A stretch of 64,000 nucleotides of DNA from NCBI GenBank assembly GCA_964016885.1, contig OZ024743.1, forward strand, positions 51,026,001 through 51,090,000. The letters run 5' to 3'. Each line of letters opens with the position of its first letter. The stretch's first letter is position 1. The translations under genes and the position numbers were made by a program. The stretch comes from Eledone cirrhosa. Lineage: Eukaryota. Below the pieces are notes generated by a model. The model saw only the letters and a program-made list of their open reading frames with translations. It did not search any database and was not told the origin of the DNA. This document shows, piece by piece, positions 48,401 through 59,770 of this stretch.

Positions 48401-51400
48401 TGGTTGTGGTAGAGTTTGGGGTGTCTGTGGTAGTGTTTGGGGTGTCTGTGGTAATGTTTGGGGTGGTTGTGGTAGTGTTTGGGGTGGTTGTGGTAGTGTT
48501 TGGGGTGGTTGTGGTAGTGTTTGGGGTGTCTGTGGTAGTGTTTGGGGTGTCTGTGGTAGTGTTTACGGTGGTTGAGTTAGTATTTGGGGTGGTTGTGGTA
48601 GTGTTTGGGGTGTCTTTGGTAGTGTTTGGGTTGTCTGTGATAGTGTTTGGGGTGTCTGTGGTAGTGTTTGGAGTGGTTGTGGTAGTGTTTGGCATGGTTG
48701 TGGTAGTGTTTTAGGTGGTTGTGGTAGTGGTTGGGGTATATGTGGTAGTGTTTGTTGTGGTTGTGGTAGTGTTTGGTGTGGTTGTGGTAGTGTTTGGGCG
48801 GTCTGTGGTAGTGTTTGGGGTGTCTGTGGTAGTGTTTGGAGTGGTTGTGGTAGTGTTTGGGGTGTCTGTGGTAGTGTTTGGGGTGTTTGGGGTAGGTGAG
48901 GTATTGTTTGGTGTGGTTGTGGTAGTGTTTGGGGTGTCTGTGGTAGTGTTTGGGGTGTCTGTGGTAGTGTTTGGAGTGTCTGTGGTAGTGTTTGGGGTGG
49001 TTGTGGTAGTGTTTGGAGTGTCTGTGGTAGTGTTTAGGGTGGTTGTGGTAGTGTTTGGCGAGGTTGTGGTAGTGTTTGGGGTGTCTCTGGTAGTGTTTGC
49101 GGTGGTTGTGGTAGTGTTTGGGGTGTCTGTGGTAGTGTTTGGGGTGTCTGTGGTAGTGTTTGGGGTGGTTGTGGTAGTGTTTGGGGTGTCTGTGGTAGTG
49201 TTTGGGGTGTCTGTGGTAGTGTTTGGGGTGTCTGTGGTAGTGTTTGGTGTGTCTGTGGTATTGTTTGGTGTGTCTGTGGTAGTGTTTGGGGTGGTTTTGG
49301 TAGTGTTTGGGGTGGTTTTGGTAGTGTTTGAGGTGTCTGTGGTAGTGTTTGGGGTGGTTGTGTTAGTGTTTAGGGTGGTTGTAGTAGTGTTTGGGGTGTC
49401 TGTGGTAGTGTTTGGGGTGGTTGTGGTAGTGTTTGGGGTGTCTGGTAATGTTTGGGGTGTTTGTGGTAGTGTTTGGGGTGTCTGTGGTAGTATTTGGGGT
49501 GTCTGGTAGTGTTTGGGGTGTCTGTGGTAGTGTTTGGGGGGTTGTGGTAGTGTTAGTGGTGTCTGTGCTAGTATTTGGGGTGACTGTGGTAGTGTTAGGG
49601 GTGGTTGTGGTAGTGTTTGGGGTGTCTGTGGTAGTGTTTGGGGTGGTTGTGGTAGTTTTTGGGGTGTCTGTGGTATTGTTTGGGGTATGTGTGGTAGTAT
49701 TTGGGGTGTCTGTGGTAGTGTTTGGGGTAGTTGTGGTACTGTTTAGGGTGTCTGGTAGTGGTTGGGGTGTCTGTGGTAGTGTTTGGGGAGGTTGTGGTAG
49801 TGTTTGTGGTAGTTGTGGTTGTGTTTGTGGTGGTTGTGGTTGTGTTTGGAGTGTTTGGAGTGTCCGTGGTAGTGTTTGGGGGGGTTGTGGTAGTGTTTGG
49901 GGTGTCTGTGGTATTGTTTGGGTGGATCTGGTAGTGTTTGGGGTGTCTGTGGTAGTGTTTTAGGTGGTTGTGGTAGTGGTTGGGGTATATGTGGTAGTGT
50001 TTGGTGTGGTTGTGGTAGTATTTGGGCGGTCTGTGGTAGTGTTTGGGGTGGTTATGGTAGTGTTTGGTGTGGTTGTGGTAGTATTTTGGCGATCTGTGGT
50101 AGTATTTGGTGTGGTTGTGTTAGTGTTTGGGGTGGTTGTGTCCGTGGTAGTTTTTGAGGTGGTTGTGGTAATGTTTGGGGTGTCTGTGGTAGTGTTTGGG
50201 GTGGTTGTGGTAGTGTTTGGGGTGTCTGTGGTAGTGTTTGGGGTATCTGTGGTAGTGTTTGGGGTGGTTGTGGTAGTGTTTGGAGCGTATGTGGTAGTGT
50301 TTAGGGTGGTTGTGGTAGTGTTTGGCGAGGTTGTGGTAGTGTTTGGGGTGTCTCTGGTAGTGTTTGCGGTGGTTGTGGTAGTGTTTGGGGTGTCTGTGGT
50401 AGTGTTTGGGGTGTCTGTGGTAGTGTTTGGGGTGGTTGTGGTAGTGTTTGGGGTGTCTGTGGTAGTGTTTGGGGTGTCTGTGGTAGTGTTTGGGGTGTCT
50501 GTGGTAGTGCTTGGGGTGGTTGTCGTAGTGTTTGGGGTGGTTGTCGTAGTGTTTGGGGTGGTTGTGGTAGTGTTTGGGGTGTCTGTGGTAGTGTTTGGGT
50601 GTCTGTAGTAGTGTTTGGGGTGTCTGTGGTAGTGTTTGGAGCGTCTGTGGTAGTGTTTGGGGTGTCTGTGGTAGTGTTTGGTGTGTCTGTGGTAGTGTTT
50701 GGTGTGTCTGTGGTAGTGTTTTGGGTGTCTGTGGTAGTGTTTAGAGCGTCTGTGGTAGTGTTTGGGGTGGTTGTGGTAGTGTTTGGGGTGTCTGTGGTAG
50801 TGTTTGGGGTGTCTGTGGTAGTGTTTGGGGTGTCTGTGGTAGTGTTTGGTGTGTCTGTGGTATTGTTTGGTGTGTCTGTGGTAGTGTTTGGGGTGGTTTT
50901 GGTAGTGCTTGGGGTGCCTGTGGTAGTGTTTGGGGTGGTTGTGTTAGTGTTTAGGGTGGTTGTAGTAGTGTTTGGGGTGTCTGTGGTAGTGTTTGGGGTG
51001 GTTGTGGTAGTGTTTGGGGTGTCTGGTAATGTTTGGGGTGGTTGTGGTAGTGTTTGGGGTGTCTGTGGTAGTATTTGGGGTGTCTGGTAGTGTTTGGGGT
51101 GTCTGTGGTAGTGTTTGGGGGGTTGTGGTAGTGTTAGTGGTGTCTGTGCTAGTATTTGGGGTGACTGTGGTAGTGTTTGGGGTGTCTGTGGTAGTGTTAG
51201 GGGTGGTTGTGGTAGTGTTTGGGGTGTCTGTGGTAGTGTTTGGGGTGGTTGTGGTAGTTTTTGGGGTGTCTGTGGTATTGTTTGGGGTATGTGTGGTAGT
51301 ATTTGGGGTGTCTGTGGTAGTGTTTGGGGTAGTTGTGGTACTGTTTAGGGTGTCTGGTAGTGGTTGGGGTGTCTGTGGTAGTGTTTGGGGTGTCTGTGGT

Positions 51401-52199
51401 TGTGTTTGGGGAGGTTGTGGTAGTGTTTGTGGTGGTTGTGGTTGTGTTTGGAGTGTTTGGAGTGTCCGTGGTAGTGTTTGGGGGGGTTGTGGTAGTGTTT
51501 GGGGTGTCTGTGGTATTGTTTGGGTGGATCTGGTAGTGTTTGGGGTGTCTGTGGTAGTGTTTTAGGTGGTTGTGGTAGTGGTTGGGGTATATGTGGTAGT
51601 GTTTGGTGTGGTTGTGGTAGTATTTGGGCGGTCTGTGGTAGTGTTTGGGGTGGTTATGGTAGTGTTTGGTGTGGTTGTGGTAGTAATTTGGCGGTCTGTG
51701 GTAGTATTTGGGGTGGTTGTGTTAGTGTTTGGGGTGGTTGTGTTAGTGTTTGGGGTGTCCGTGGTAGTTTTTGAGGTGGTTGTGGTAGTGTTTGGGGTGT
51801 CTGTGGTAGTGTTTGGGGTGGTTGTGGTAGTGTTTGGGGTATCTGTGGTAGTGTTTGGGGTGGTTGTGGTAGTGTTTGGAGCGTTTGTGGTAGTGTTTGG
51901 GGTGTCTGGTAGTGTTTGGTGTGGTTGTGGTAGAGTTTGGGCTGGTTGTGGTAGTGTTTACGGTGGTTGTGGTAGAGTTTGGGGTGTCTGTGGTAGTGTT
52001 TGGGGTGGTTGTGGTAGAGTTTGGGGTGTCTGTGGTAGTGTTTGGGGTGGCTGTGGTAGTGTTTGGGGTGGTTGTGGTAGTATTTGGGGTGTCTGTGGTA
52101 GTGTTTGGGGTGTCTGGTAGTGTTTGGTGTGGTTGTGGTAGAGTTTGGGCTGGTTGTGGTAGTGTTTACGGTGGTTGTGGTAGAGTTTGGGGTGTCTGT

Positions 52200-55100
52200 G
52201 GTAGTGTTTGGGGTGTCTGTGGTAATGTTTGGGGTGGTTGTGGTAGTGTTTGGGGTGGTTGTGGTAGTGTTTACGGTGGTTGAGTTAGTATTTGGGGTGG
52301 TTGTGGTAGTGTTTGGGGTGTCTGTGGTAGTGTTTGGGTTGTCTGTGATAGTGTTTGGGGTGTCTGTGGTAGTGTTTGGAGTGGTTGTGGTAGTGTTTGG
52401 GGTGTCTGTGATAGTGTTTGGGGTGTCTGTGGTAGTGTTTGGGCTGGTTGTGGTAGTGTTTGGCATGGTTGTGGTAGTGTTTTAGGTGGTTGTGGTAGTG
52501 GTTGGGGTATATGTGGTAGTGTTTGTTGTGGTTGTGGTAGTGTTTGGTGTGGTTGTGGTAGTGTTTGGGCGGTCTGTGGTAGTGTTTGGGGTGGTTATGG
52601 TAGTATTTGGGGTGGTTGTGTTAGTGTTTGGGGTGTCTGGTAGTGTTTGGAGTGGTTGTGGTAGTGTTTGGGGTGTCTGTGGTAGTGTTTGGGGTGATTG
52701 TGTTAGTTTTTGGCTGTCTGGTAGTGTTTGGGGTGTCCGTGGTAGTTTTTGAGGTGGTTGTGGTAGTGTTTGGGGTGTCTGGTAGTGTTTGGGGTGTCTG
52801 TGGTAGTTTTGAGGTGGTTGTGGTAGTGTTTGGGGTGTCTGTGGTAGTGTTTGGGGTATCTGTGGTAGTGTTTGGAGCATCTGTGGTAGTGTTTGGGGTG
52901 TCTGTTTGTGTTTGGTGTGGTTGTGGTAGAGTTTGGGCTAGTTGTGGTAGTGTTTACGGTGGTTGTGGTAGTATTTGGGGTGTCTGTGGTAGTGTTTGGG
53001 GTGTCTGTGGTAGAGTTAGGGGTGTCTGTGGTAGTGTTTGGGGTGTCTGTGGTAGTGTTTGGGGTGTCTGTGGTAATGTTTGGGGTGGTTGTGTTAGTGT
53101 TTGGGGTGGTTGTGGCAGTGTTTACGGTGGTTGTGTTAGTGTTTGGGGTGGTTGTGGTAGTGTTTGGGGTGTCTGTGGTAGTGTTTGGGGTGGTTGTGGT
53201 AGTGTTTGGGTTGTCTGTGATAGTGTTTGGGGTGTCTGTGGTAGTGTTTGGAGTGGTTGTGGTAGTGTTTGGCGTGGTTGTGGTAGTGTTTGGGGTGTCT
53301 GTGGTAGTGTTTGGAGTGGTTGTGGTAGTGTTTGGGGTGTCTGTGGTCGTGTTTGGGGTGGTTGTGGTAGTGTTTGGGGTGTCTGTGGTAGTGTTTGGGG
53401 TGTCTGTGGTAGTGTTTAGTGTGGCTGTGGTAGTGTTTGGGGTGTCTGTGGTAGTGTTTGGGGTGTCTGTGGTAGTGTTTGGAGTGTCTGTGGTAGTGTT
53501 TGGGGTGGTTGTGGTAGTGTTTGGGATTGTTGTGGTAGTGTTTGTGGTGTCTGTGGTAGTGTTTGGGGTGGTTGTGGTAGTGTTTGGGGTGTCTGTGGTC
53601 GTGTTTGGGGTGGTTATGGTAGTGTTTGGTGTGGTTGTGGTAGAGTTTACGGTGGTTGTGTTAGTGTTTGGGGTGTCTGTGGTAGTGTTTGGGGGTGTCT
53701 GTGGTCGTGTTTGGGGTGGTTGTTGTAGTGTTTGGGGTGGTTGTGGTAGAGTTTACGGTGGTTGTGGTAGTGTTTGGGGTGTCTGGTAGTGTTTGGGGGT
53801 GTCTGTGGTAGTGTTTGGAATGGTTGTGGTAGTGTTTGGGGTGTCTGTGGTAGTGTTTGGGGTGTTTGGGTTAGGTGAGGTATTGTTTGGTGTGGTTGTG
53901 GTAGTGTTTGGGGTGTCTGTGGTAGTGTTTGGAGTGTCTGTGGTAGTGTTTGGGGTGGTTGTGGTAGTGTTTAGTGTGGTTGTGGTAGTGTTTGGAGTGT
54001 CTGTGGTAGTGTTTGGGGAGGTTGTGGTAGTGTTTGGGGTGGTTGTGGTAGTGTTTGGAGTGTCTGTGGTAGTGTTTGGAGTGTCTGTGGTAGTGTTTGG
54101 GGTGTCTGTGGTAATGTTTGGGGTGGTTGTGGTAGTGTTTGGGGTGGTTGTGGTAGTGTTTACGGTGGTTGAGTTAGTATTTGGGGTGGTTGTGGTAGTG
54201 TTTGGGTTGTCTGTGATAGTGTTTGGGGTGTCTGTGGTAGTGTTTGGAGTGGTTGTGGTAGTGTTTGGGGTGTCTGTGATAGTGTTTGGGGTGTCTGTGG
54301 TAGTGTTTGGGCTGGTTGTGGTAGTGTTTGGCATGGTTGTGGTAGTGTTTTAGGTGGTTGTGGTAGTGGTTGGGGTATATGTGGTAGTGTTTGTTGTGGT
54401 TGTGGTAGTGTTTGGTGTGGTTGTGGTAGTGTTTGGGCGGTCTGTGGTAGTGTTTGGGGTGGTTATGGTAGTATTTGGGGTGGTTGTGTTAGTGTTTGGG
54501 GTGTCTGGTAGTGTTTGGAGTGGTTGTGGTAGTGTTTGGGGTGTCTGTGGTAGTGTTTGGGGTGATTGTGTTAGTTTTTGGCTGTCTGGTAGTGTTTGGG
54601 GTGTCCGTGGTAGTTTTTGAGGTGGTTGTGGTAGTGTTTGGGGTGTCTGGTAGTGTTTGGGGTGTCTGTGGTAGTTTTGAGGTGGTTGTGGTAGTGTTTG
54701 GGGTGTCTGTGGTAGTGTTTGGGGTATCTGTGGTAGTGTTTGGAGCATCTGTGGTAGTGTTTGGGGTGTCTGTTTGTGTTTGGTGTGGTTGTGGTAGAGT
54801 TTGGGCTAGTTGTGGTAGTGTTTACGGTGGTTGTGGTAGTATTTGGGGTGTCTGTGGTAGTGTTTGGGGTGTCTGTGGTAGAGTTAGGGGTGTCTGTGGT
54901 AGTGTTTGGGGTGTCTGTGGTAGTGTTTGGGGTGTCTGTGGTAATGTTTGGGGTGGTTGTGTTAGTGTTTGGGGTGGTTGTGGTAGTGTTTACGGTGGTT
55001 GTGTTAGTGTTTGGGGTGGTTGTGGTAGTGTTTGGGGTGTCTGTGGTAGTGTTTGGGGTGGTTGTGGTAGTGTTTGGGTTGTCTGTGATAGTGTTTGGGG

Positions 55101-55985
55101 TGTCTGTGGTAGTGTTTGGAGTGGTTGTGGTAGTGTTTGGCGTGGTTGTGGTAGTGTTTGGGGTGTCTGTGGTAGTGTTTGGGGTGTCTGTGGTAGTGTT
55201 TGGAGTGGTTGTGGTAGTGTTTGGGGTGTCTGTGGTCGTGTTTGGGGTGGTTGTGGTAGTGTTTGGGGTGTCTGTGGTAGTGTTTGGGGTGTCTGTGGTA
55301 GTGTTTAGTGTGGCTGTGGTAGTGTTTGGGGTGTCTGTGGTAGTGTTTGGGGTGTCTGTGGTAGTGTTTGGAGTGTCTGTGGTAGTGTTTGGGGTGGTTG
55401 TGGTAGTGTTTGGGATTGTTGTGGTAGTGTTTGTGGTGTCTGTGGTAGTGTTTGGGGTGGTTGTGGTAGTGTTTGGGGTGTCTGTGGTCGTGTTTGGGGT
55501 GGTTATGGTAGTGTTTGGTGTGGTTGTGGTAGAGTTTACGGTGGTTGTGTTAGTGTTTGGGGTGTCTGTGGTAGTGTTTGGGGGTGTCTGTGGTCGTGTT
55601 TGGGGTGGTTGTTGTAGTGTTTGGGGTGGTTGTGGTAGAGTTTACGGTGGTTGTGGTAGTGTTTGGGGTGTCTGGTAGTGTTTGGGGGTGTCTGTGGTAG
55701 TGTTTGGAGTGGTTGTGGTAGTGTTTGGGGTGTCTGTGGTAGTGTTTGGGGTGTTTGGGTTAGGTGAGGTATTGTTTGGTGTGGTTGTGGTAGTGTTTGG
55801 GGTGTCTGTGGTAGTGTTTGGAGTGTCTGTGGTAGTGTTTGGGGTGGTTGTGGTAGTGTTTAGTGTGGTTGTGGTAGTGTTTGGAGTGTCTGTGGTAGTG
55901 TTTGGGGAGGTTGTGGTAGTGTTTGGGGTGGTTGTGGTAGTGTTTGGAGTGTCTGTGGTAGTGTTTGGAGTGTCTGTGGTAGTGT
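52200..55985. repeat. About 1.87-kb tandem higher-order duplication
   Basis: Offsets 1868-1889 (52486/54354, 52628/54496, 52893/54761, 53793/55682). Shared rare variants GGAGCATCT and GGGCTAGTT. Confidence 0.9.
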
Positions 55986-58775
55986 TTAGGGTGGTTGTGG
56001 TAGTGTTTGGGGAGGTTGTGGTAGTGTTTGGGGTGGTTGTGGTAGTGTTTGGAGTGTCTGTGGTAGTGTTTGGAGTGTCTGTGGTAGTGTTTGGGGTGTC
56101 TGTGGTAGTGTTTAGGGTGGTTGTGGTAGTGTTTGGAGTGTCTGTGGTAGTGTTTGGGGAGGTTGTGGTAGTGTTTGGGGTGGTTGTGGTAGTGTTTGGT
56201 GTGTCTGTGGTAGTGTTTGGAGTGTCTGTGGTAGTGTTTAGGGTGGTTGTGGTAGTGTTTGGGGAGGTTGTGGTAGTGTTTGGGGTGGTTGTGGTAGTGT
56301 TTGGAGTGTCTGTGGTAGTGTTTGGAGTGTCTGTGGTAGTGTTTAGGGTGGTTGTGGTAGTGTTTGGGGAGGTTGTGGTAGTGTTTGGGGTGTCTGTGGT
56401 AGTGTTTGCGGTGGTTGTGGTAGTGTTTGGGGTGTCTGTGGTAGTGTTTGGGGTGTCTGTGGTAGTGTTTGGGGTGGTTGTGGTAGTGTTTGGGGTGTCT
56501 GTGGTAGTGTTTGGGGTGTCTGTGGTAGTGTTTAGGGTGTCTGTGGTAGTGCTTGGGGTGGTTGTCGTAGTGTTTGGGGTGGTTGTCGTAGTGTTTGGGG
56601 TGGTTGTTGTAGTGTTTGAGATGGTTGTGGTAGCGTTTGGGGTGTCTGTGGTAGTGTTTGGGCTGGTTGTGGTAGTGTTTGGGGCGTCTGTGGTAGTGTT
56701 TGGTGCGTCTGTGATAGTGTTTGGGGTGTCTGTGATAGTGTTTGGGGTGTCTGTGGTAGTGTTTGCGGTGGTTGTGGTACTGTTTGGGGTGTCTGTGGTA
56801 GTGTTTGGGGTGGTTGTGGTAGTGTTTGGGGTGTCTGTGGTAGTGTTTGGGGTGGTTGTGGTAGTGTTTGGGTTGTCTGTGGTAGTGTTTGGGGTGTTTG
56901 TGGTAGTGTTTGGGGTGTCTGTGGTAGTGTTTGGGGTGTCTGTGATAGTGTTTGGGGTGGTTGTGGTAGTGTTTGGGGTGGTTGTGGTAGTGTTTACGGT
57001 GGTTGTGTTAGTGTTTGGGGTGGTTGTGGTAGTGTTTGGGTTGTCTGTGGTAGTGTTTGGGGTGTTTGTGGTAGTGTTTGGGGTGTCTGTGGTAGTGTTT
57101 GGGGTGTCTGTGATAGTGTTTACGGTGGTTGTGTTAGTGTTTGGGGTGGTTGTGGTAGTGTTTGGGGTGTCTGTGGTAGTGTTTAGGGTGGTTGTGGTAG
57201 TGTTTGGGGAGGTTGTGGTAGTGTTTGGGGTGTCTGTGGTAGTGTTTGCGGTGGTTGTGGTAGTGTTTGGGGTGTCTGTGGTAGTGTTTGGGGTGTCTGT
57301 GGTAGTGTTTGGGGTGGTTGTGGTAGTGTTTACGGTGGTTGTGTTAGTGTTTGGGGTGGTTGTGGTAGTGTTTGGGGTGTCTGGTAGTGTTTGGGGTGGT
57401 TGTGGTAGTGTTTGGGTTGTCTGTGGTAGTGTTTGGGGTGTTTGTGGTAGTGTTTGGGGTGTCTGTGGTAGTGTTTGGGGTGTCTGTGGTAGTGTTTGGG
57501 GTGGTTGTGGTAGTGTTTGGGGTGTCTGTGGTAGTTTTTGGGGAGGTTGTGGTAGTGTTTGGGGTGGTTGTGGTAGTGTTTGGGGTGGTTGTGGTAGTGT
57601 TTACGGTGGTTGTGTTAGTGTTTGGGGTGGTTGTGGTAGTGTTTGGGGTGTCTGGTAGTGTTTGGGGTGGTTGTGGTAGTGTTTGGGGTGTCTGTGGTAG
57701 TGTTTGGGGGTGTCTGTGGTCGTGTTTGGGGTGGTTGTGGTAGTGTTTGGGGTGGTTGTGGTAGTGTTTGGGGTGTTTGTGGTAGTGTTTGGGGTGTTTG
57801 GGGTAGGTAAGGTATTGTTTGGTGTGGTTGTGGTAGTGTTTGGGGTGTCTGTGGTAGTGTTTGGAGTGTCTGTGGTAGTGTTTGGGGTGGTTGTGGTAGT
57901 GTTTAGGGTGGTTGTGGTAGTGTTTGGAGTGTCTGTGGTAGTGTTTGGGGTGGTTGTGGTAGTGTTTGGAGTGTCTGTGGTAGTGTTTAGGGTGGTTGTG
58001 GTAGTGTTTGGGGAGGTTGTGGTAGTGTTTGGGGTGTCTGTGGTAGTGTTTGCGGTGGTTGTGGTAGTGTTTGGGGTGTCTGTGGTAGTGTTTGGGGTGT
58101 CTGTGGTAGTGTTTGGGGTGGTTGTGGTAGTGTTTGGGGTGTCTGTGGTAGTGCTTGGGGTGGTTGTCGTAGTGTTTGGGGTGGTTGTCGTAGTGTTTGG
58201 GGTGGTTGTCGTAGTGTTTGGGATGGTTGTGGTAGTGTTTGGGGTGTCTGTGGTAGTGTTTGGGCTGGTTGTGGTAGTGTTTGGGGTGTCTGTGGTAGTG
58301 TTTGGTGTGTCTGTGGTAGTGTTTGGTGTGTCTGTGGTAGTGTTTGGGGTGTCTGTGATAGTGTTTGGGGTGTCTGTGGTAGTGTTTGCGGTGGTTGTGG
58401 TACTGTTTGGGGTGTCTGTGGTAGTGTTTGGGGTGGTTGTGGTAGTGTTTGGGGTGGTTGTGGTAGTGTTTGGGGTGTCTGTGGTAGTGTTTGGGGTGTC
58501 TGTGGTAGTGTTTGGGGTGTCTGTGGTAGTGTTTGGGGTGTCTGTGGTAGTGTTTGGGGTGGTTGCGGTAGTGTTTGGGGTGGTTGTGGTAGTGTTTTGG
58601 GTGTCTGTGGTAGTTTTTGGGGAGGTTGTGGTAGTGTTTGGGGTGGTTGTGGTAGTGTTTGGGGTGTCTGTGGTAGTGTTTGGGGTGGTTGTGGTAGTGT
58701 TTGGGGTGGTTTGGGTGTTTGTGGTAGTGTTTGGGCTGTCTGTGGTAGTGTTTGGGGTGGTTGTGGTAGTGTTTG

Positions 58776-59650
58776 TCTTGAGGCCTTTATTGTTTTCAAT
58801 AAATGGAAGCAAGGTTTGTCTATTTTTTGTCTTCTTATTTTATGTACCTTTTTCTTCCATTTGTCACCATCATCCACTCCTCTTCCACCTCCCCCTTCTC
58901 TTCCCTCTCCTCCTTCTCCGACTCACTGCAGGTCCGACTGCTCGAAATTGTTCTCCATTCATGTTAAATGGTAACTGAAAGATACCATTGTTGTTGTAGT
59001 CTGTTCTGGTTTTGCTGTAGTTTTTATTTGTGCTGTTTGGTGATGACGTTGTTGTCCATAGCTGGTGGGGTTTTGGTGTTGAGATAAGAGGGGGGGGGGG
59101 GCGTCTCTTTATAGGCAGAATGATGCCACCTGGGAGATGTATCTGCTCATAGATGGCAGCAACATTTTTGGGGTCTGGTAGACTTCAAGGACTTTTGCGT
59201 TCTGAATGTCTACTGTGACCTCTGCAGTTAGTCAGGAAATGGCTTTTTCAGGCAGAACCTGTTGGACTCAAATTCTTGCCAATCTCTAACTTCAGTAATA
59301 AGGGACAAGAAGTATTTCTTGGGTGGTTTTAGGAAGTGAGATCTTGCTCCTTCTTCTTATGCAAATCTCACCTCCACCATGTCAAAACTCCTTCCACTTT
59401 GGATATAAGTTTTTAGGTTCTCTCCAGCACTTAAAACCTTTTGTATTAGGGTCTTTGAGGCTCTCTCCACCCTTCTTGTTTTCAATCCTATAATGCGCTA
59501 CGTCACTATGCAACATACTATATTTTGTATGGTGTCGACAGGGTTGTTGAGGCTGACTATGTGGCCGTCTCTTTCCACCAACCATTTAGTTTCATCTTCA
59601 CTGTAGTCTATTTTTTGGAAGGACTTCTTGACAGTTGCAAAAGAGAGACC
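58776..59650 (-). mobile_element. Decayed gag-like ORF1 relic, probably of an L1/Tx1-type non-LTR retrotransposon
   Basis: Manual minus-strand translation through stops and frameshifts gives GLSFATVKKS...KTYIQSGRSFDMVEVRFA*EEGARSH / QEILLVPYY*S*RLARI*VQQVLPEKAIS*LTA / EQIHLPGGIILPIKRRPP, then a T/Q/P-rich stretch and [26 protein letters not shown]. This motif order resembles L1/Tx1 ORF1 from recall. The CCHC knuckle expected after RPP is missing. Confidence 0.45.
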
Positions 59651-59770
59651 TATTTAAAACTGTAGTAGTCCCAGTGCTAGACTTACCTATAAGCTAAATA
59701 AACTATAGCTGAGGGCTACACACCCTAAGGGGTCACATTTTTTATATTTTTATTTTATTATTAGTTTTTA

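Larger units (their letters stand above)
1..58775. repeat. Giant 21-bp tandem satellite array (about 2,800 monomers in the window; already running at base 1). Consensus GTGGTAGTGTTTGGGGTG(GTT/TCT)
   Basis: 21-bp periodicity is visible throughout. The two main variants differ in the last three bases (GTT vs TCT), and 19-, 20- and 22-bp units and 9-bp indels occur. The monomer is 19-20 of 21 G+T. It ends sharply at ...GTGGTAGTGTTTG|TCTTGAGGCC (58775). Confidence 0.99.

Noticed and set aside
1-58775. CRISPR array
   Set aside because: No unique spacers, monomers are directly adjacent, no cas genes, and the context is eukaryotic TE sequence.
1-58775. Telomeric tract (TTGGGG/TTAGGG-like, or yeast-type long telomere repeat)
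   Set aside because: The G-rich strand runs toward the unique flank, opposite to terminal telomere polarity. TTAGGG appears only as scattered point variants, and kb-scale duplications of variants indicate recombination rather than telomerase synthesis.
1-58775. Near absence of stops in the Thr-rich minus frame as evidence of selection for a giant mucin
   Set aside because: None of the consensus codons in that frame is one substitution from a stop, so this is expected neutrally. Recurrent frameshifts are shared between duplicated copies and so are unlikely to be random sequencing errors.
4-58978. Hundreds of + strand ORFs (poly-Val FGVVVVV; Cys/Gly-rich WGGCGSV resembling keratin-associated or metallothionein-like proteins)
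   Set aside because: They are automatic translations of a 21-bp unit, start at GTG/TTG, overlap in two frames and switch frame at every 19/22-mer. They have no unique domains.
59088-59101. Poly-G run, and the polypyrimidine tract at 58869-58920, as regulatory sites
   Set aside because: More simply explained as poly-Pro and Glu/Lys-rich codons of the minus-strand relic. There is no independent support.
59382-59585. 67-aa minus-strand ORF
   Set aside because: An off-frame reading of the decayed ORF1-like relic.
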